Shown: positions 1 to 10,077 of the stretch, in pieces
Layout of the letters: every line of letters starts with the position of its first letter
Position numbering within the stretch: the first letter of the stretch is position 1
NCBI GenBank assembly: GCA_964637415.1
Contig: CAZWUB010000002.1
Span: 15,385 to 71,744 of the forward strand
Direction: 5' to 3'
Length of the DNA stretch: 56,360 nucleotides
Source of the DNA: an uncultured Rikenellaceae bacterium
Lineage (GTDB): Bacteria > Bacteroidota > Bacteroidia > Bacteroidales > VadinHA17
Notes under the pieces: model-generated
Database searches by the model: none
The model's input: the letters and a program-made list of their open reading frames with translations, nothing else
Told to the model about the DNA's origin: nothing
Made by a program: the position numbers and the translations under genes

Positions 1-37
1 ATCCAGGACTGTTATGGGGACCAGCATTGTTAAATGA

Positions 38-65
38 GTTTAAAGTTTGGAGTTTATAGTTTGTT
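38..65. repeat. degenerate heptamer run (GTTTAAA GTTTGGA GTTTATA GTTTGTT) spanning the folP stop codon
   Basis: Read directly. It shares the GTTTGGA unit with the array at 42085. Confidence 0.4.
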
Positions 66-902
66 TTTTAACATTTGTATTAATCGTACAGCCTGAACCG
101 CCTCCTTAACATCGTGAACCCTTAATATATCAGCGCCTTTAAGCAGAGCGACGGCATGCAATACCGAGGTTCCGTTGAGGGCTTCAGAGGGTGTTACCGA
201 AAGCGATTTCCATATCATCGATTTCCTCGAAATGCCAACAAGAACCGGTAGTCCTGCAACTGCAAAATCACCCAGGCGTTGCAGCATTTCAAAGTTATGA
301 TTTATTGTCTTACCAAAACCAAAGCCCGGATCAATGATTATATCTTTCACTCCGGCATCCTTCAGTTTAGCTATCCTGTTGCCAAACCAAAGCAGGATAT
401 CGGCCACAACATCATCGTATTCAGGGTTTTCCTGCATTGTACGGGGATTGCCCTTCATATGCATCATTATATAAGGAACGCCGAGCTTTGCTACCACTTC
501 GATCATTTTCCCATCTGCCACGCCTCCTGAAATATCGTTGATTATATGGGCGCCATAAACGGAAACAGCTTCTTTCGCTATTTCTGCCCTGAAAGTATCA
601 ACCGATATAACTGCCCCGGGTAGTTCTTTCCTTATGAGCTTTACAGCATTCAGGACCCTTTCAGCCTCCTCATCAGGCGTAATATCATCAGCTGAGGGAC
701 GTGAAGAATAACCTCCTACATCGAGGATATCGGCTCCCTCTTCAATCATTTTCATTGCTGTCTCTATGATCTCTTTATCTCCGGAGACCCTGCTTTCGCG
801 GTAAAATGAATCAGGTGTGATGTTAATGATACCCATCACTTTTGGTATGGTCAGATCAATAAGCTCTCCTCCCGCGTTTATGTATTTTGGTTTTTCAGCC
901 AA
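54..902 (-). CDS. folP: dihydropteroate synthase
   Basis: 282-aa ORF with pterin-binding DHPS pattern (GIINITPDSFY, ILDVGGYSSRP, IINDISG, IDPGFGFGK). Confidence 0.9.
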   Translation of the reverse strand: MAEKPKYINAGGELIDLTIPKVMGIINITPDSFYRESRVSGDKEIIETAMKMIEEGADILDVGGYSSRPSADDITPDEEAERVLNAVKLIRKELPGAVISVDTFRAEIAKEAVSVYGAHIINDISGGVADGKMIEVVAKLGVPYIMMHMKGNPRTMQENPEYDDVVADILLWFGNRIAKLKDAGVKDIIIDPGFGFGKTINHNFEMLQRLGDFAVAGLPVLVGISRKSMIWKSLSVTPSEALNGTSVLHAVALLKGADILRVHDVKEAVQAVRLIQMLKNKL

Positions 903-1057
903 CCCTGAAGAAATAATTTTCGAAAATAATGATTTTTTACGAATTGCCGGTAAAAGTATAGGTCTGCAGACTCACTCACGGGACTTCAAGTTAATAACTG
1001 CTGAAAACAAATCATAATTCTGCCTCTCTTTCGTTTTAATCTTTACAGAGTGCTTAT

Positions 1058-1065
1058 TACATTTG
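1058..1065 (+). promoter_or_regulatory. candidate Bacteroidota -7 box TACATTTG upstream of tmk
   Basis: Matches TAnnTTTG, 22 nt before the ATG. Confidence 0.3.
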
Positions 1066-1087
1066 CAGAGAAAGTAAGGACTAACAG

Positions 1088-1774
1088 ATGAAACTTTTTG
1101 TTGTTGAGGGAGTTGACGGTTCGGGTAAGTCAACACAGATCAGTTTGCTGAAAGAATATTTCTCCGGAAAAGGTTACCGGTGTGAATATCTGCATTTTCC
1201 GAGAACAGATGCTCCTTTCTTCGGAGAGTTGATAGCACGGTTCCTCAGAGGTGAATTCGGTTCACTCGGAGAAGTTGATCCCTGGCTTGTTGCGATGCTT
1301 TATGCCGGCGACAGGAAAGATGCAGCCGAACTGATTGAGAACTGGTTAAAAAAGGGCAGCATAGTGCTTCTTGACAGGTATACCTATTCAAATATTGCAT
1401 ACCAGTGTGCCAAACTTAGCAGCACAGAGGATCAGGAAAAACTTATGAAATGGATAATTGACCTTGAATTCAGCCATTTCAATATTCCAAAACCAGGGCT
1501 TAACATCTTTCTGGATGTGCCTTTTTCCTTCACCGAGAAAAAATTGTCGGCTTCCAGAACAGGTGAAGACAGAAAATACCTTAACGGCACAAGGGACATT
1601 CATGAAGAATCCCTCTCATTTCAAAAAAAAGTAAGGGAAATATACATGAAGGTTTCCGGTATGGATGACAGGCTTTGTATGGTCAATTGCAGCGACGACA
1701 ATGGAGAGATTCTTCCTCCTGAAAAGATATTTGGTTTAATAATTAAAATTATTTCTGAAAGAAAGCTCTTATAA
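1088..1774 (+). CDS. tmk: thymidylate (dTMP) kinase
   Basis: 228-aa ORF with P-loop EGVDGSGKST and DRYTYSNIAYQ. The LHFPR and YAGDRKD segments resemble type I (eukaryote/archaeal-like) TMP kinases. Confidence 0.8.
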   Translation: MKLFVVEGVDGSGKSTQISLLKEYFSGKGYRCEYLHFPRTDAPFFGELIARFLRGEFGSLGEVDPWLVAMLYAGDRKDAAELIENWLKKGSIVLLDRYTYSNIAYQCAKLSSTEDQEKLMKWIIDLEFSHFNIPKPGLNIFLDVPFSFTEKKLSASRTGEDRKYLNGTRDIHEESLSFQKKVREIYMKVSGMDDRLCMVNCSDDNGEILPPEKIFGLIIKIISERKLL

Positions 1775-1775
1775 A

Positions 1776-2888
1776 ATGAAAATTCTTCTTAATGTCAGCA
1801 GACTGGTTGCAGGTCTGGTATTTATTTTCTCAGGTTTGGTTAAAGCAATTGATCCCCTTGGATCAACATATAAGTTCAGTGATTATTTTCTTGCTTTTAA
1901 TATGGAGTTCCTGCTGCCACTCAGTCTGCCTCTGGCAATCCTGTTATGTTCTGCAGAATTTCTTTCAGGTGTATCAGTATTATTCAATATCCGTCAGCTT
2001 ACTGGTATATGGATCCTTATGCTTCTGATGATAATATTTACTCCTCTCACATTTGTACTTGCTCTTACAAATCCGGTAAGCGACTGCGGATGTTTCGGGG
2101 ATGTAATTCATCTTACAAACTGGCAAACCTTTCTAAAAAATGTAATCCTGCTGATACCGGTAATTTATCTTTTCATAAACAGGAAAAATGTAATACAAAA
2201 GCATGGAATAGTAAGGGAATGGACGATTATTTCAGCCCTTTTAGTGATATTTGCAGCCTTTATTTTGTACAATCTGAGGTATCTTCCCGTTATAGATTTC
2301 CTCCCTTATAAAACAGGAACATATATCCCTGATAAGATGGAAATTCCGGAAGGCATGCCGTCTGACAAATATGAAACCACATTTATTTATGAAAAAGACG
2401 GGCAACAAAAGGAATTCACACTCGATAACTATCCTGCAGATGATACAACTTGGAAATTTGTTGATCAGAGATCTGTCCTTTCAGAAAAAGGTTACCAGCC
2501 CCCTATTCATGATTTTGTACTTACAACAATGGATAACGAGGATATAACCCGGATGGTCCTTGAATCGGAAGGCTACACCCTGCTAATGATCTCAGGTAAG
2601 ATCGGGGAGGCTGACCCGGAAAATTTTTCAGCCGGTATAAGTCTGGGGAACAGGTTTATAGCAGAAGGTGCACATTTTTATATTTTAACGGCTTCAGGAG
2701 CGGATGAAATAAGAAGTTATGATACCGGAAATATTTTTTGCAGTGTTGATGATATTACCCTGAAAACGATGGTAAGATCGAATCCCGGCTATATGTTGAT
2801 CAAAAAGGGAATAATAATTGCAAAATGGTCATGGGCCGGAGTTCCTTCGTTTGAATCGCTGAAAAATGAATATTTAAACAAAAACTGA
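1776..2888 (+). CDS. DoxX/MauE-like membrane protein with C-terminal soluble domain (BT_3928-type)
   Basis: 370-aa ORF starting 1 nt after the tmk stop. The N-terminal half has several hydrophobic helices and a DCGCFGD motif. The C-terminal ~180 aa is soluble. Its position next to tpiA is typical of Bacteroidota. Confidence 0.6.
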   Translation: MKILLNVSRLVAGLVFIFSGLVKAIDPLGSTYKFSDYFLAFNMEFLLPLSLPLAILLCSAEFLSGVSVLFNIRQLTGIWILMLLMIIFTPLTFVLALTNPVSDCGCFGDVIHLTNWQTFLKNVILLIPVIYLFINRKNVIQKHGIVREWTIISALLVIFAAFILYNLRYLPVIDFLPYKTGTYIPDKMEIPEGMPSDKYETTFIYEKDGQQKEFTLDNYPADDTTWKFVDQRSVLSEKGYQPPIHDFVLTTMDNEDITRMVLESEGYTLLMISGKIGEADPENFSAGISLGNRFIAEGAHFYILTASGADEIRSYDTGNIFCSVDDITLKTMVRSNPGYMLIKKGIIIAKWSWAGVPSFESLKNEYLNKN

Positions 2889-2914
2889 TAACTTAAATCT
2901 TAAAACATTTTCAA

Positions 2915-3673
2915 ATGAGAAGAAAAATTGTAGCAGGAAACTGGAAGATGAACATGAATTATGAAGAGGGAACCGCATTCGCAAAAATCCTTGACCAGTA
3001 TTTCAGAAATAAACCACCTTTAAAGGCTGAAGTGATTATCTGTACTCCTTTCATCCACCTTGCAGGTATTGCAGAGATAGTTAAAGGAGGGAAAGTAGCT
3101 CTGGGAGCCCAGAATTGTGCTTCGGAAGCTTCAGGCGCATTTACCGGAGAAGTTTCGGCATATATGATAAAGAGTACAGGGGCAGAATATGTAATAATCG
3201 GGCATTCTGAAAGAAGAAGCTATTATAATGAAGATGACAGGCTGCTGAACAAAAAGACCGTACTTGCACTTAACAGCGGGCTTAAAGTCATCTTTTGCTG
3301 CGGTGAAGTAAAGGAACAAAGGGAGGAAGGAAATCATTTTGTAATTGTAAAGCGTCAGCTTGAAGAAGGATTATTCCCACTGGGCCCGGAATCGATGAAA
3401 GATATTATAATAGCATATGAACCGGTATGGGCTATCGGCACAGGCCTTACAGCCACACCCGACCAGGCTCAGGAGATGCATAAGTATATCAGAGGTCTTG
3501 TTAAGGAAAAATACGGAAATAAAATTGCCGAAGATCTTACAATACTTTACGGCGGAAGCTGCAAGCCTTCAAATGCTGCCGAGATCTTTTCGAATCCCGA
3601 TGTTGACGGAGGACTGATAGGTGGTGCATCTCTTAAGAAAGAGGATTTTACTGCAATTGTTGAAGCTGTATAA
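2915..3673 (+). CDS. tpiA: triosephosphate isomerase
   Basis: 252-aa ORF with AGNWKMN, IGHSERR and AYEPVWAIGTG motifs. Confidence 0.95.
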   Translation: MRRKIVAGNWKMNMNYEEGTAFAKILDQYFRNKPPLKAEVIICTPFIHLAGIAEIVKGGKVALGAQNCASEASGAFTGEVSAYMIKSTGAEYVIIGHSERRSYYNEDDRLLNKKTVLALNSGLKVIFCCGEVKEQREEGNHFVIVKRQLEEGLFPLGPESMKDIIIAYEPVWAIGTGLTATPDQAQEMHKYIRGLVKEKYGNKIAEDLTILYGGSCKPSNAAEIFSNPDVDGGLIGGASLKKEDFTAIVEAV

Positions 3674-3734
3674 CAAACAGTATCACAATGATCTGCTGGT
3701 TGAATACAATTAAATTAATAAATATCCTGCGATC

Positions 3735-6700
3735 ATGTTAAGGAAGCTGGTTATCCTTGTTCTGACTTTACTTTTACTGTTCACAGCCGGTCTTGATGCA
3801 CAGTTAATTTCACCATTCACCGGCGATCCGACGAGATATAAGGATGAGCTTACTTCTTTCATGGGACCGAACCTGAAGGATAATCATAAAGCCACCCTGA
3901 GCCTTTTCCTGGAAAACTGGGAAAACCAGAAATTCGGTACGGAGGATATGACGAGAATAATCGATGTATCAAGCCAGTTTTACGGCAGATCGATGAGGCC
4001 GGTGCCTCATATGCATAATTTCCTTACAACTCTTAATACCTATATCCGCGTAAACGGTGATAAGGATTTCCTGACCCACTGGCTGAGAGGTCTCAGCGAA
4101 ATAGTTTTTGACCCAAGAATCGCGGTTGAAAGTATCAACCGTTACATCAGGGATACTGAACTTATGCTGACTGTGAATGTACTATCTGAAAGTACAACAA
4201 TAAGATGGAAAGTTAAAGACAATCCTCTCCAGTTCCGGCATGATACAGTATTTAAAGCAATTGTTACAAATGCAACACTGACTTGCTATTATCAGAAGGA
4301 CAGTACAGAAATCTATAATGTATCGGGTTCATATTATCCTGAAAAACAAGAGTTTCATGGCATAAAAGGTATCGTGACATGGGAAAAGGCAGGATATCCG
4401 CGCGAAGATGTGTCGGCTGAGATCAGAAACTTTCTTATAAATACTTCAAAAGATAATTTCGTTATTGATTCAGCACTGCTGACACATAAAACCTATTTTA
4501 AAAAACCCATATACGGGTTGATCAGTGACCGGGCTATTACATTCACCCAAAAGGAAAAAGCTGATTTTCCGCGGTTTGAGACATATACAAAGGAGTTTTC
4601 ACTTAAAGACCTTTATAAAGGTGTGAATTACCAGGGAGGCCTCGCTTTCGAAGGGGCCACGGTCAAAGGAAAAGGTGGAAATAACCTCCCGGCTAAGGTC
4701 ACTGTGTATAAAAATGATACTCTTCGTATCAGCATTAAGACACCGGAATTCATATTTACAAAAACAGGATTGACCAGTCCCGAGGTCTCTGCAGCAATTT
4801 ACCTCGAGAAAGATTCGATTTATCATTCTAATCTTTCATTTTCATATAATGCAGAACAACACCAGGTGAATTTCTTCAGAGGCAATAATCCGGTATCTAA
4901 AAGTCCCTGCTTCAATTCCTTCCATATGCTCGACATGTCATTTGAGTACCTGTCATGGAACCTGAACGAACCTAAAATCATCCTTTCAAGATCCAGAGGC
5001 TCTTCGATAGGTAAGGCTCAATTTGAATCTGCTTCATTTTTCGATGCAGGATTGTTCATGCAAATGGCCGGTATCGATGAATATCATCCTCTCATGCGCC
5101 TCAAAAAATTTGCTGAATGGTACTATTCTGAAACATTCCCGGTTGAGGAATTTGCCAAATGGCTTAACAGGCCCGTTGAAGCGGTCACTGCATTATGTAT
5201 TGACATGGCAAACAAGGGTTTCGTTTTCTATGACAGGACATATAATGAAGTAACACTTAAAAAGAAGGTGAATGATTTCCTCACTTCCTATGCCAGAAAA
5301 AAAGATTATGACATCCTGCGCTTCGAAAGTGAAACACGAGCACCTGTTGATAATGCCATCCTTGATATCAACAATATGCTGATGACAGTAAACGGTGTCA
5401 GGAATGTCCATCTAAGTGACTCCCAGAAAGTTGCCATCATTCCTTATAATCAACAAATTAAAATTGGCAGGAACAGGGATATGAAATTTGACGGGATCGT
5501 TGAAGCCGGACTTTTTACAATTTACGGGCATAACTTCACATTCAGTTACGATACATTTAAAATAAACCTGTCGAACATCGATTCAATAAGGATTGCCGTG
5601 GAGACTGATCAGAAGGATCCATACGGAAACCCTATGACGAAAGCAATGGATAATCTGCTGGAACTTACCAATGCCGATCTGTTCATTGATGATCCCGACA
5701 ATAAATCCGGACTTAAGAATCTGACACAATATCCGATGGTCGGTGTGAAAAAGGATTCGTATATCTTTTATGATCAGATACCCGGCCTTGAAAATATATA
5801 CCCGAGGGAGGATTTTTACTTCAGGATATTCCCGTTTGTGTATGAAAATATTGATCATTTCAAGCTTGAAACAATTAACCTGCCAGGGGAATTTATCGGG
5901 GGAAATATTATCAGACCCATGCAGGAAAAGCTTGTTGTAAAAGACAGTAGTCTACTTGGATTCGATATGAATATCCCGCCGGAAGGTTTGGAGCTTTACG
6001 GTGGAAAAGGAAGACTATATGACAGTATAAGTATGGGCAGTAAAGGGCTCAGAGGAAAAGGAAGAGTTAACCATCTTACATCCAGAGTAATATCAAATGA
6101 TTTCAGACTATTTCCCGATTCAGCTTTAGCCCAGGCATCATCATTCACTCTGATTGAAGACACAACAGGCCGTTTTCCCGTACTTGAAAGCCAGGATGTC
6201 GGAATGATATGGCTTACGGACAAAGATGAGATGCATATAACCAACAGCAAGGGTAATAATTTCGACATGTTCGGCAACGGGACAGAGTTTGATGGCAGTC
6301 TTGCATACGGTCCTGAATCTATGAGTGGTAAAGGAATTCTCAATACTTCTGAATCAAGGGTTACGTCAGAGGGTTTCAGTTTTACATCAACAACTATCAA
6401 AGCAGACACATCCGATTTCTATCTTAAATCTCCTTCTACAGGAGGCTATGCCTTCATTGCTGAAAATACTGCCGCAAATATTGATTTCGGATTAAAAACA
6501 GCAACCCTGCAGTTAAATACCTCAAGTTCGGTTGTTAAATTTCCTGAAATACAGTACATATGCAAACTAACTGATTTCGAATATGATATGCAGGACAAGG
6601 TGCTAAGGATGCAGGATAAGGGGAAGCCTGAAAAGATATTGCTTCCCCGCGATCAGCTTTTAAGGCAGGATATAAATAATCTTGAAAGACCTAATTTCAT

Positions 6701-8255
6701 TGCAACCAGCACTATGGGGGATACAATTCAGTTTGCATCCGGGAAGGGCAGTTATCATATTGATGAAGAATACATTGAAGCTGAGAATATAAATTATATC
6801 CGTATTGCTGACGCTCTGATCCAGCCTGAGAACGGCAGGATCACAATAGGCCGCAGAGCCAAAATAGACCAGCTCCAGAATGCCATTGTCGCAATTAATA
6901 ACCGTCATCTCCTGCATTCAGCAAAGATTACTATCGAATCGAAAAAGAAGTATTCCGGAAGCGGCACATATGATTACATCGATGAAGCCGGCGAGATAAG
7001 CAATATAGCCTTCTCTGAGGTGACTGTTGACACGATGACTACAAGCGCAAAGGGTTATATACCTGCAAGCCAGAATTTTATGCTCAGCACTGCTTTCTCC
7101 TTCACAGGCGATGTGAACCTTTATGCTGACAAAAATCTGCTTTTATTTACTGGTGGAGCAGGTATTGTTAATATCTGCAGTTCAATGAAATCCTATCCGG
7201 TCAAATTCAAATCGTTCATTGATCCCCGTAATTTAATGATTCCAGTCAGCAACAAACCACTCGATATAAACGGGAATCCCGTATTCACCGGTTCATTCAT
7301 GAATATTGATTCATTACATATTTACCCGGCCTTCCTGTCGGCACAAAAATCGTGGAGAGATGTTGGAATAGTCAGTTCAGGAGGATATCTGTATTACGAC
7401 AAATCAAAATCAAGATATCTGATCACTTCGCTTGAAAAAATTGCAGATCCCACAATCCATGGCGATATGATCGCACTTGACAGAAATGACTGCATCCTTT
7501 CGGGAGAGGGCAGAATGAATTTTGGGACTAACTTTTCTCCTGCCGGGATGGCAGGAGCAGGAATGATTTCTCACAATATTGATTCCGGTAAAACAGAGCT
7601 TCAGGCACTCCTTGGATTTGATTTCCATTTCAATCCCGAAGCTCTGGGTATTATGAGCAACGAGATAAGGTTTTTACCTTCGATAAAACCTGTGAATCTC
7701 AATTCTGAACTATATAATAAAGGAATGAAAGACTTGCTCGGGGTGGAGGTTGCAGACAGGATGAAACAGGATCTTGATCTGTTTGGTGTATCGGGGGAAT
7801 TACCCCCGGAGTTCAATTATGAATTGTTCCTGAATGAAGTCACACTTTACTGGAATGAGTCTTCATCATCTTTCAGGTCGAAAGGCAGGATAGGTCTTGG
7901 ATTCGTCGGGACCCAGCCTGTGAATGTGTATGTAGATGGCGCGATAGAGATCCAGCGACGGAGATCGGGAGACTTGTTTGACATTTATCTCAAAGCTAAT
8001 GAAAGAACCTGGTACTATTTCTCTTATATAAAAGGCACTATGATGGTTCTGTCAAGCAATACTGCTTATAATTCACTTATCTCCAGTGCCAGGGCGAGAG
8101 CCAGAAGAATTCCGAGAAAAATTTCCAGGGAGCCATATTCCTACATGATAGCGGCAGAAGACAGGCTGAGAAGATTCCTGCGGAGGCTGGAAGGAGACGT
8201 TGATGCAGAGGCTCCGGGAGGGGAAAATAATTCTCTCAGAGGTATTGTAAGATAA
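3735..8255 (+). CDS. very large secreted protein of unknown function
   Basis: Uninterrupted 1506-aa ORF with a signal-like N-terminus (LVILVLTLLLLFTAGLDAQ). I recognise no catalytic or repeat motif. The C-terminal tail is Arg-rich. Confidence 0.8.
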   Translation: MLRKLVILVLTLLLLFTAGLDAQLISPFTGDPTRYKDELTSFMGPNLKDNHKATLSLFLENWENQKFGTEDMTRIIDVSSQFYGRSMRPVPHMHNFLTTLNTYIRVNGDKDFLTHWLRGLSEIVFDPRIAVESINRYIRDTELMLTVNVLSESTTIRWKVKDNPLQFRHDTVFKAIVTNATLTCYYQKDSTEIYNVSGSYYPEKQEFHGIKGIVTWEKAGYPREDVSAEIRNFLINTSKDNFVIDSALLTHKTYFKKPIYGLISDRAITFTQKEKADFPRFETYTKEFSLKDLYKGVNYQGGLAFEGATVKGKGGNNLPAKVTVYKNDTLRISIKTPEFIFTKTGLTSPEVSAAIYLEKDSIYHSNLSFSYNAEQHQVNFFRGNNPVSKSPCFNSFHMLDMSFEYLSWNLNEPKIILSRSRGSSIGKAQFESASFFDAGLFMQMAGIDEYHPLMRLKKFAEWYYSETFPVEEFAKWLNRPVEAVTALCIDMANKGFVFYDRTYNEVTLKKKVNDFLTSYARKKDYDILRFESETRAPVDNAILDINNMLMTVNGVRNVHLSDSQKVAIIPYNQQIKIGRNRDMKFDGIVEAGLFTIYGHNFTFSYDTFKINLSNIDSIRIAVETDQKDPYGNPMTKAMDNLLELTNADLFIDDPDNKSGLKNLTQYPMVGVKKDSYIFYDQIPGLENIYPREDFYFRIFPFVYENIDHFKLETINLPGEFIGGNIIRPMQEKLVVKDSSLLGFDMNIPPEGLELYGGKGRLYDSISMGSKGLRGKGRVNHLTSRVISNDFRLFPDSALAQASSFTLIEDTTGRFPVLESQDVGMIWLTDKDEMHITNSKGNNFDMFGNGTEFDGSLAYGPESMSGKGILNTSESRVTSEGFSFTSTTIKADTSDFYLKSPSTGGYAFIAENTAANIDFGLKTATLQLNTSSSVVKFPEIQYICKLTDFEYDMQDKVLRMQDKGKPEKILLPRDQLLRQDINNLERPNFIATSTMGDTIQFASGKGSYHIDEEYIEAENINYIRIADALIQPENGRITIGRRAKIDQLQNAIVAINNRHLLHSAKITIESKKKYSGSGTYDYIDEAGEISNIAFSEVTVDTMTTSAKGYIPASQNFMLSTAFSFTGDVNLYADKNLLLFTGGAGIVNICSSMKSYPVKFKSFIDPRNLMIPVSNKPLDINGNPVFTGSFMNIDSLHIYPAFLSAQKSWRDVGIVSSGGYLYYDKSKSRYLITSLEKIADPTIHGDMIALDRNDCILSGEGRMNFGTNFSPAGMAGAGMISHNIDSGKTELQALLGFDFHFNPEALGIMSNEIRFLPSIKPVNLNSELYNKGMKDLLGVEVADRMKQDLDLFGVSGELPPEFNYELFLNEVTLYWNESSSSFRSKGRIGLGFVGTQPVNVYVDGAIEIQRRRSGDLFDIYLKANERTWYYFSYIKGTMMVLSSNTAYNSLISSARARARRIPRKISREPYSYMIAAEDRLRRFLRRLEGDVDAEAPGGENNSLRGIVR

Positions 8256-8316
8256 GCTATTCTGACTGTTTTCTTTTTCTGAATTTTCTTAACCGTTCCA
8301 ATAAGTAAACCAAGCT

Positions 8317-9021
8317 ATGCAGATCTTTTATGCTCCCGGTATCAAAGGTGATATGTACATCCTGGATGAAAATGAATCGAAACATTCCGTAAGAGTCCTC
8401 AGGCTGAACAAAGGAGATATTGTAAGGTTAATTGACGGAAAAGGAGATCTTTATGAGGGAATAATTACTGATCCCGATCCGAAAGGATGCTCCGTAAAGA
8501 TAAAAAACGTAATTCATGAATTTGAGAAGAGAAATTACTCGCTTCATATAGCAATATCGCCTCTGAAAAATCCCGACAGGTTTGAATGGTTTGTCGAGAA
8601 AAGTGTTGAACTCGGAATTGATGAAATCACTCCGCTGATCTGCAAAAACTCGGAAAAGCAAAACGTAAGGCAGGAAAGGATAAATAACATTATCATATCG
8701 GCCATGAAGCAATCCCTTAAAGCGAAGATCACCAGGCTGAACACACCTGCAGATTTCAGCGACTTCATAACAAATGAGCAACCAGGAACTCTGATGATTG
8801 CACATTGCAACAACAGTCTTGAACGTAAGGGAATAGCAAATATCTATAAAAGGGGAGAGAATGCTGTGATACTGATTGGTCCTGAAGGGGATTTTTCATC
8901 CGAAGAGATAACATCAGCAACAAAAAAAGGATATATTTCTGTTCACCTCGGGCAGGCCAGGCTTAGAACAGAAACGGCAGGCATTGCTGCCTGCCATTCC
9001 GTTTATTTCATTAACCAGTAA
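8317..9021 (+). CDS. rsmE: 16S rRNA (uracil1498-N3)-methyltransferase
   Basis: 234-aa ORF with RsmE-like N-terminus (MQIFYAP..., ESKHSVRVLRLNKGD) and C-terminal IGPEGDFS motif. Confidence 0.85.
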   Translation: MQIFYAPGIKGDMYILDENESKHSVRVLRLNKGDIVRLIDGKGDLYEGIITDPDPKGCSVKIKNVIHEFEKRNYSLHIAISPLKNPDRFEWFVEKSVELGIDEITPLICKNSEKQNVRQERINNIIISAMKQSLKAKITRLNTPADFSDFITNEQPGTLMIAHCNNSLERKGIANIYKRGENAVILIGPEGDFSSEEITSATKKGYISVHLGQARLRTETAGIAACHSVYFINQ

Positions 9022-9041
9022 AAGGATGATCTGGCATCCTT
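9022..9041. terminator. bidirectional intrinsic terminator hairpin
   Basis: AAGGATG-ATCTGG-CATCCTT with A-run before and T-run after. It lies between convergent rsmE and the 64-aa ORF. Confidence 0.55.
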
Positions 9042-9043
9042 TT

Positions 9044-9238
9044 TCAGCGCTTTCTGATCTTTGCGATCAGCCGGCGTGTAAGCCGTTTTTCAGGCACAGG
9101 TTTTACCTGTTTTAAATATCCTATCACATCATCGAATTGCTGATGGAATCCGAAAGCATCGTCATAAATATCGATCCCTTCAGTTTTTATTTCATGATAT
9201 GAAAGAAAATGAGTAGAAATTAATCCCATAGGCTTCAT
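9044..9238 (-). CDS. small hypothetical protein downstream of the ECF sigma factor
   Basis: 64-aa ORF, 67 nt downstream of the sigma gene on the same strand. It has a basic C-terminal tail, no TM helix and no recognisable motif. Confidence 0.35.
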   Translation of the reverse strand: MKPMGLISTHFLSYHEIKTEGIDIYDDAFGFHQQFDDVIGYLKQVKPVPEKRLTRRLIAKIRKR

Positions 9239-9305
9239 GTTTTCTGTTTTCAGAAAAACGCCCGACGGATTACAATATTGTACGAGGAATAGAATTTTTT
9301 CGACC

Positions 9306-9902
9306 TTAATTTAATGTCAGACTTATTTTCTTCTCCTCCATAATCTTCCTCATATTGATAAGGGCGTACCTCATCCTGCCGAGTGCGGTATTAATGCTTA
9401 CATCTGTTATTTCGGCTATTTCCTTAAAACTAAGGCCCGCATAATGTCGCAGAATAACCACTTCCCGCTGATCATCAGGCAGATGACTGATCATCTTTCT
9501 AACGTCCTTCTGGATCTGTCTTTTTATAATATCGTCCTCAACTGTCGATTCCGACAGTTTTCTGGAGTTAAACAGGTCAGAATCATATTCATCATTTGAG
9601 ATTGTATTCATCTGCCTGATACGTCTGAAATGGTCTATTATAAGGTTATGTGCGATACGCATAACCCATGAGATAAATTTTCCGTTATCCTGATACCTGC
9701 CGCTTTTAACTGACTGTATCACTTTCATGAAAGTATCCTGGAAAATATCTTCTGCAAGTGCCTGATCGCGTATATATAGGCTTATATATGCGAATACCTT
9801 GTTCTTATGACGTTTGATTATCTGCTCAAAGCAGGACTGTTCACCATTTATGAATCTCTGTATGAGTTCATAATCGGAAATTGATTTATTCATATCGCTC
9901 AC
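9306..9902 (-). CDS. RNA polymerase sigma-70 family (ECF-type) sigma factor
   Basis: 198-aa ORF. Region 2-like DIFQDTFMKV...WVMRIAHNLIIDHFRR; region 4 HTH LSFKEIAEITDVSINTALGRMRYA. Confidence 0.85.
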   Translation of the reverse strand: MSDMNKSISDYELIQRFINGEQSCFEQIIKRHKNKVFAYISLYIRDQALAEDIFQDTFMKVIQSVKSGRYQDNGKFISWVMRIAHNLIIDHFRRIRQMNTISNDEYDSDLFNSRKLSESTVEDDIIKRQIQKDVRKMISHLPDDQREVVILRHYAGLSFKEIAEITDVSINTALGRMRYALINMRKIMEEKKISLTLN

Positions 9903-10028
9903 TCTTTTAGTAACTAGAGTAGAGTTTTTGAATAGGCAGTCCTCCTTTTTTTAAGTTTGTATACGTTCCGTATTTTCAGATGTTATACGTAATGCAAAAT
10001 AAATCAATTTTTTTTAATCTGAAAGTAT

Positions 10029-10036
10029 TACTTTTG
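10029..10036 (+). promoter_or_regulatory. candidate -7 box TACTTTTG upstream of uvrA
   Basis: Matches TAnnTTTG, about 40 nt before the ATG. Confidence 0.3.
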
Positions 10037-10077
10037 AATTTTAACAAAATCTTCACATTTAACGGTAGTATCTATAG

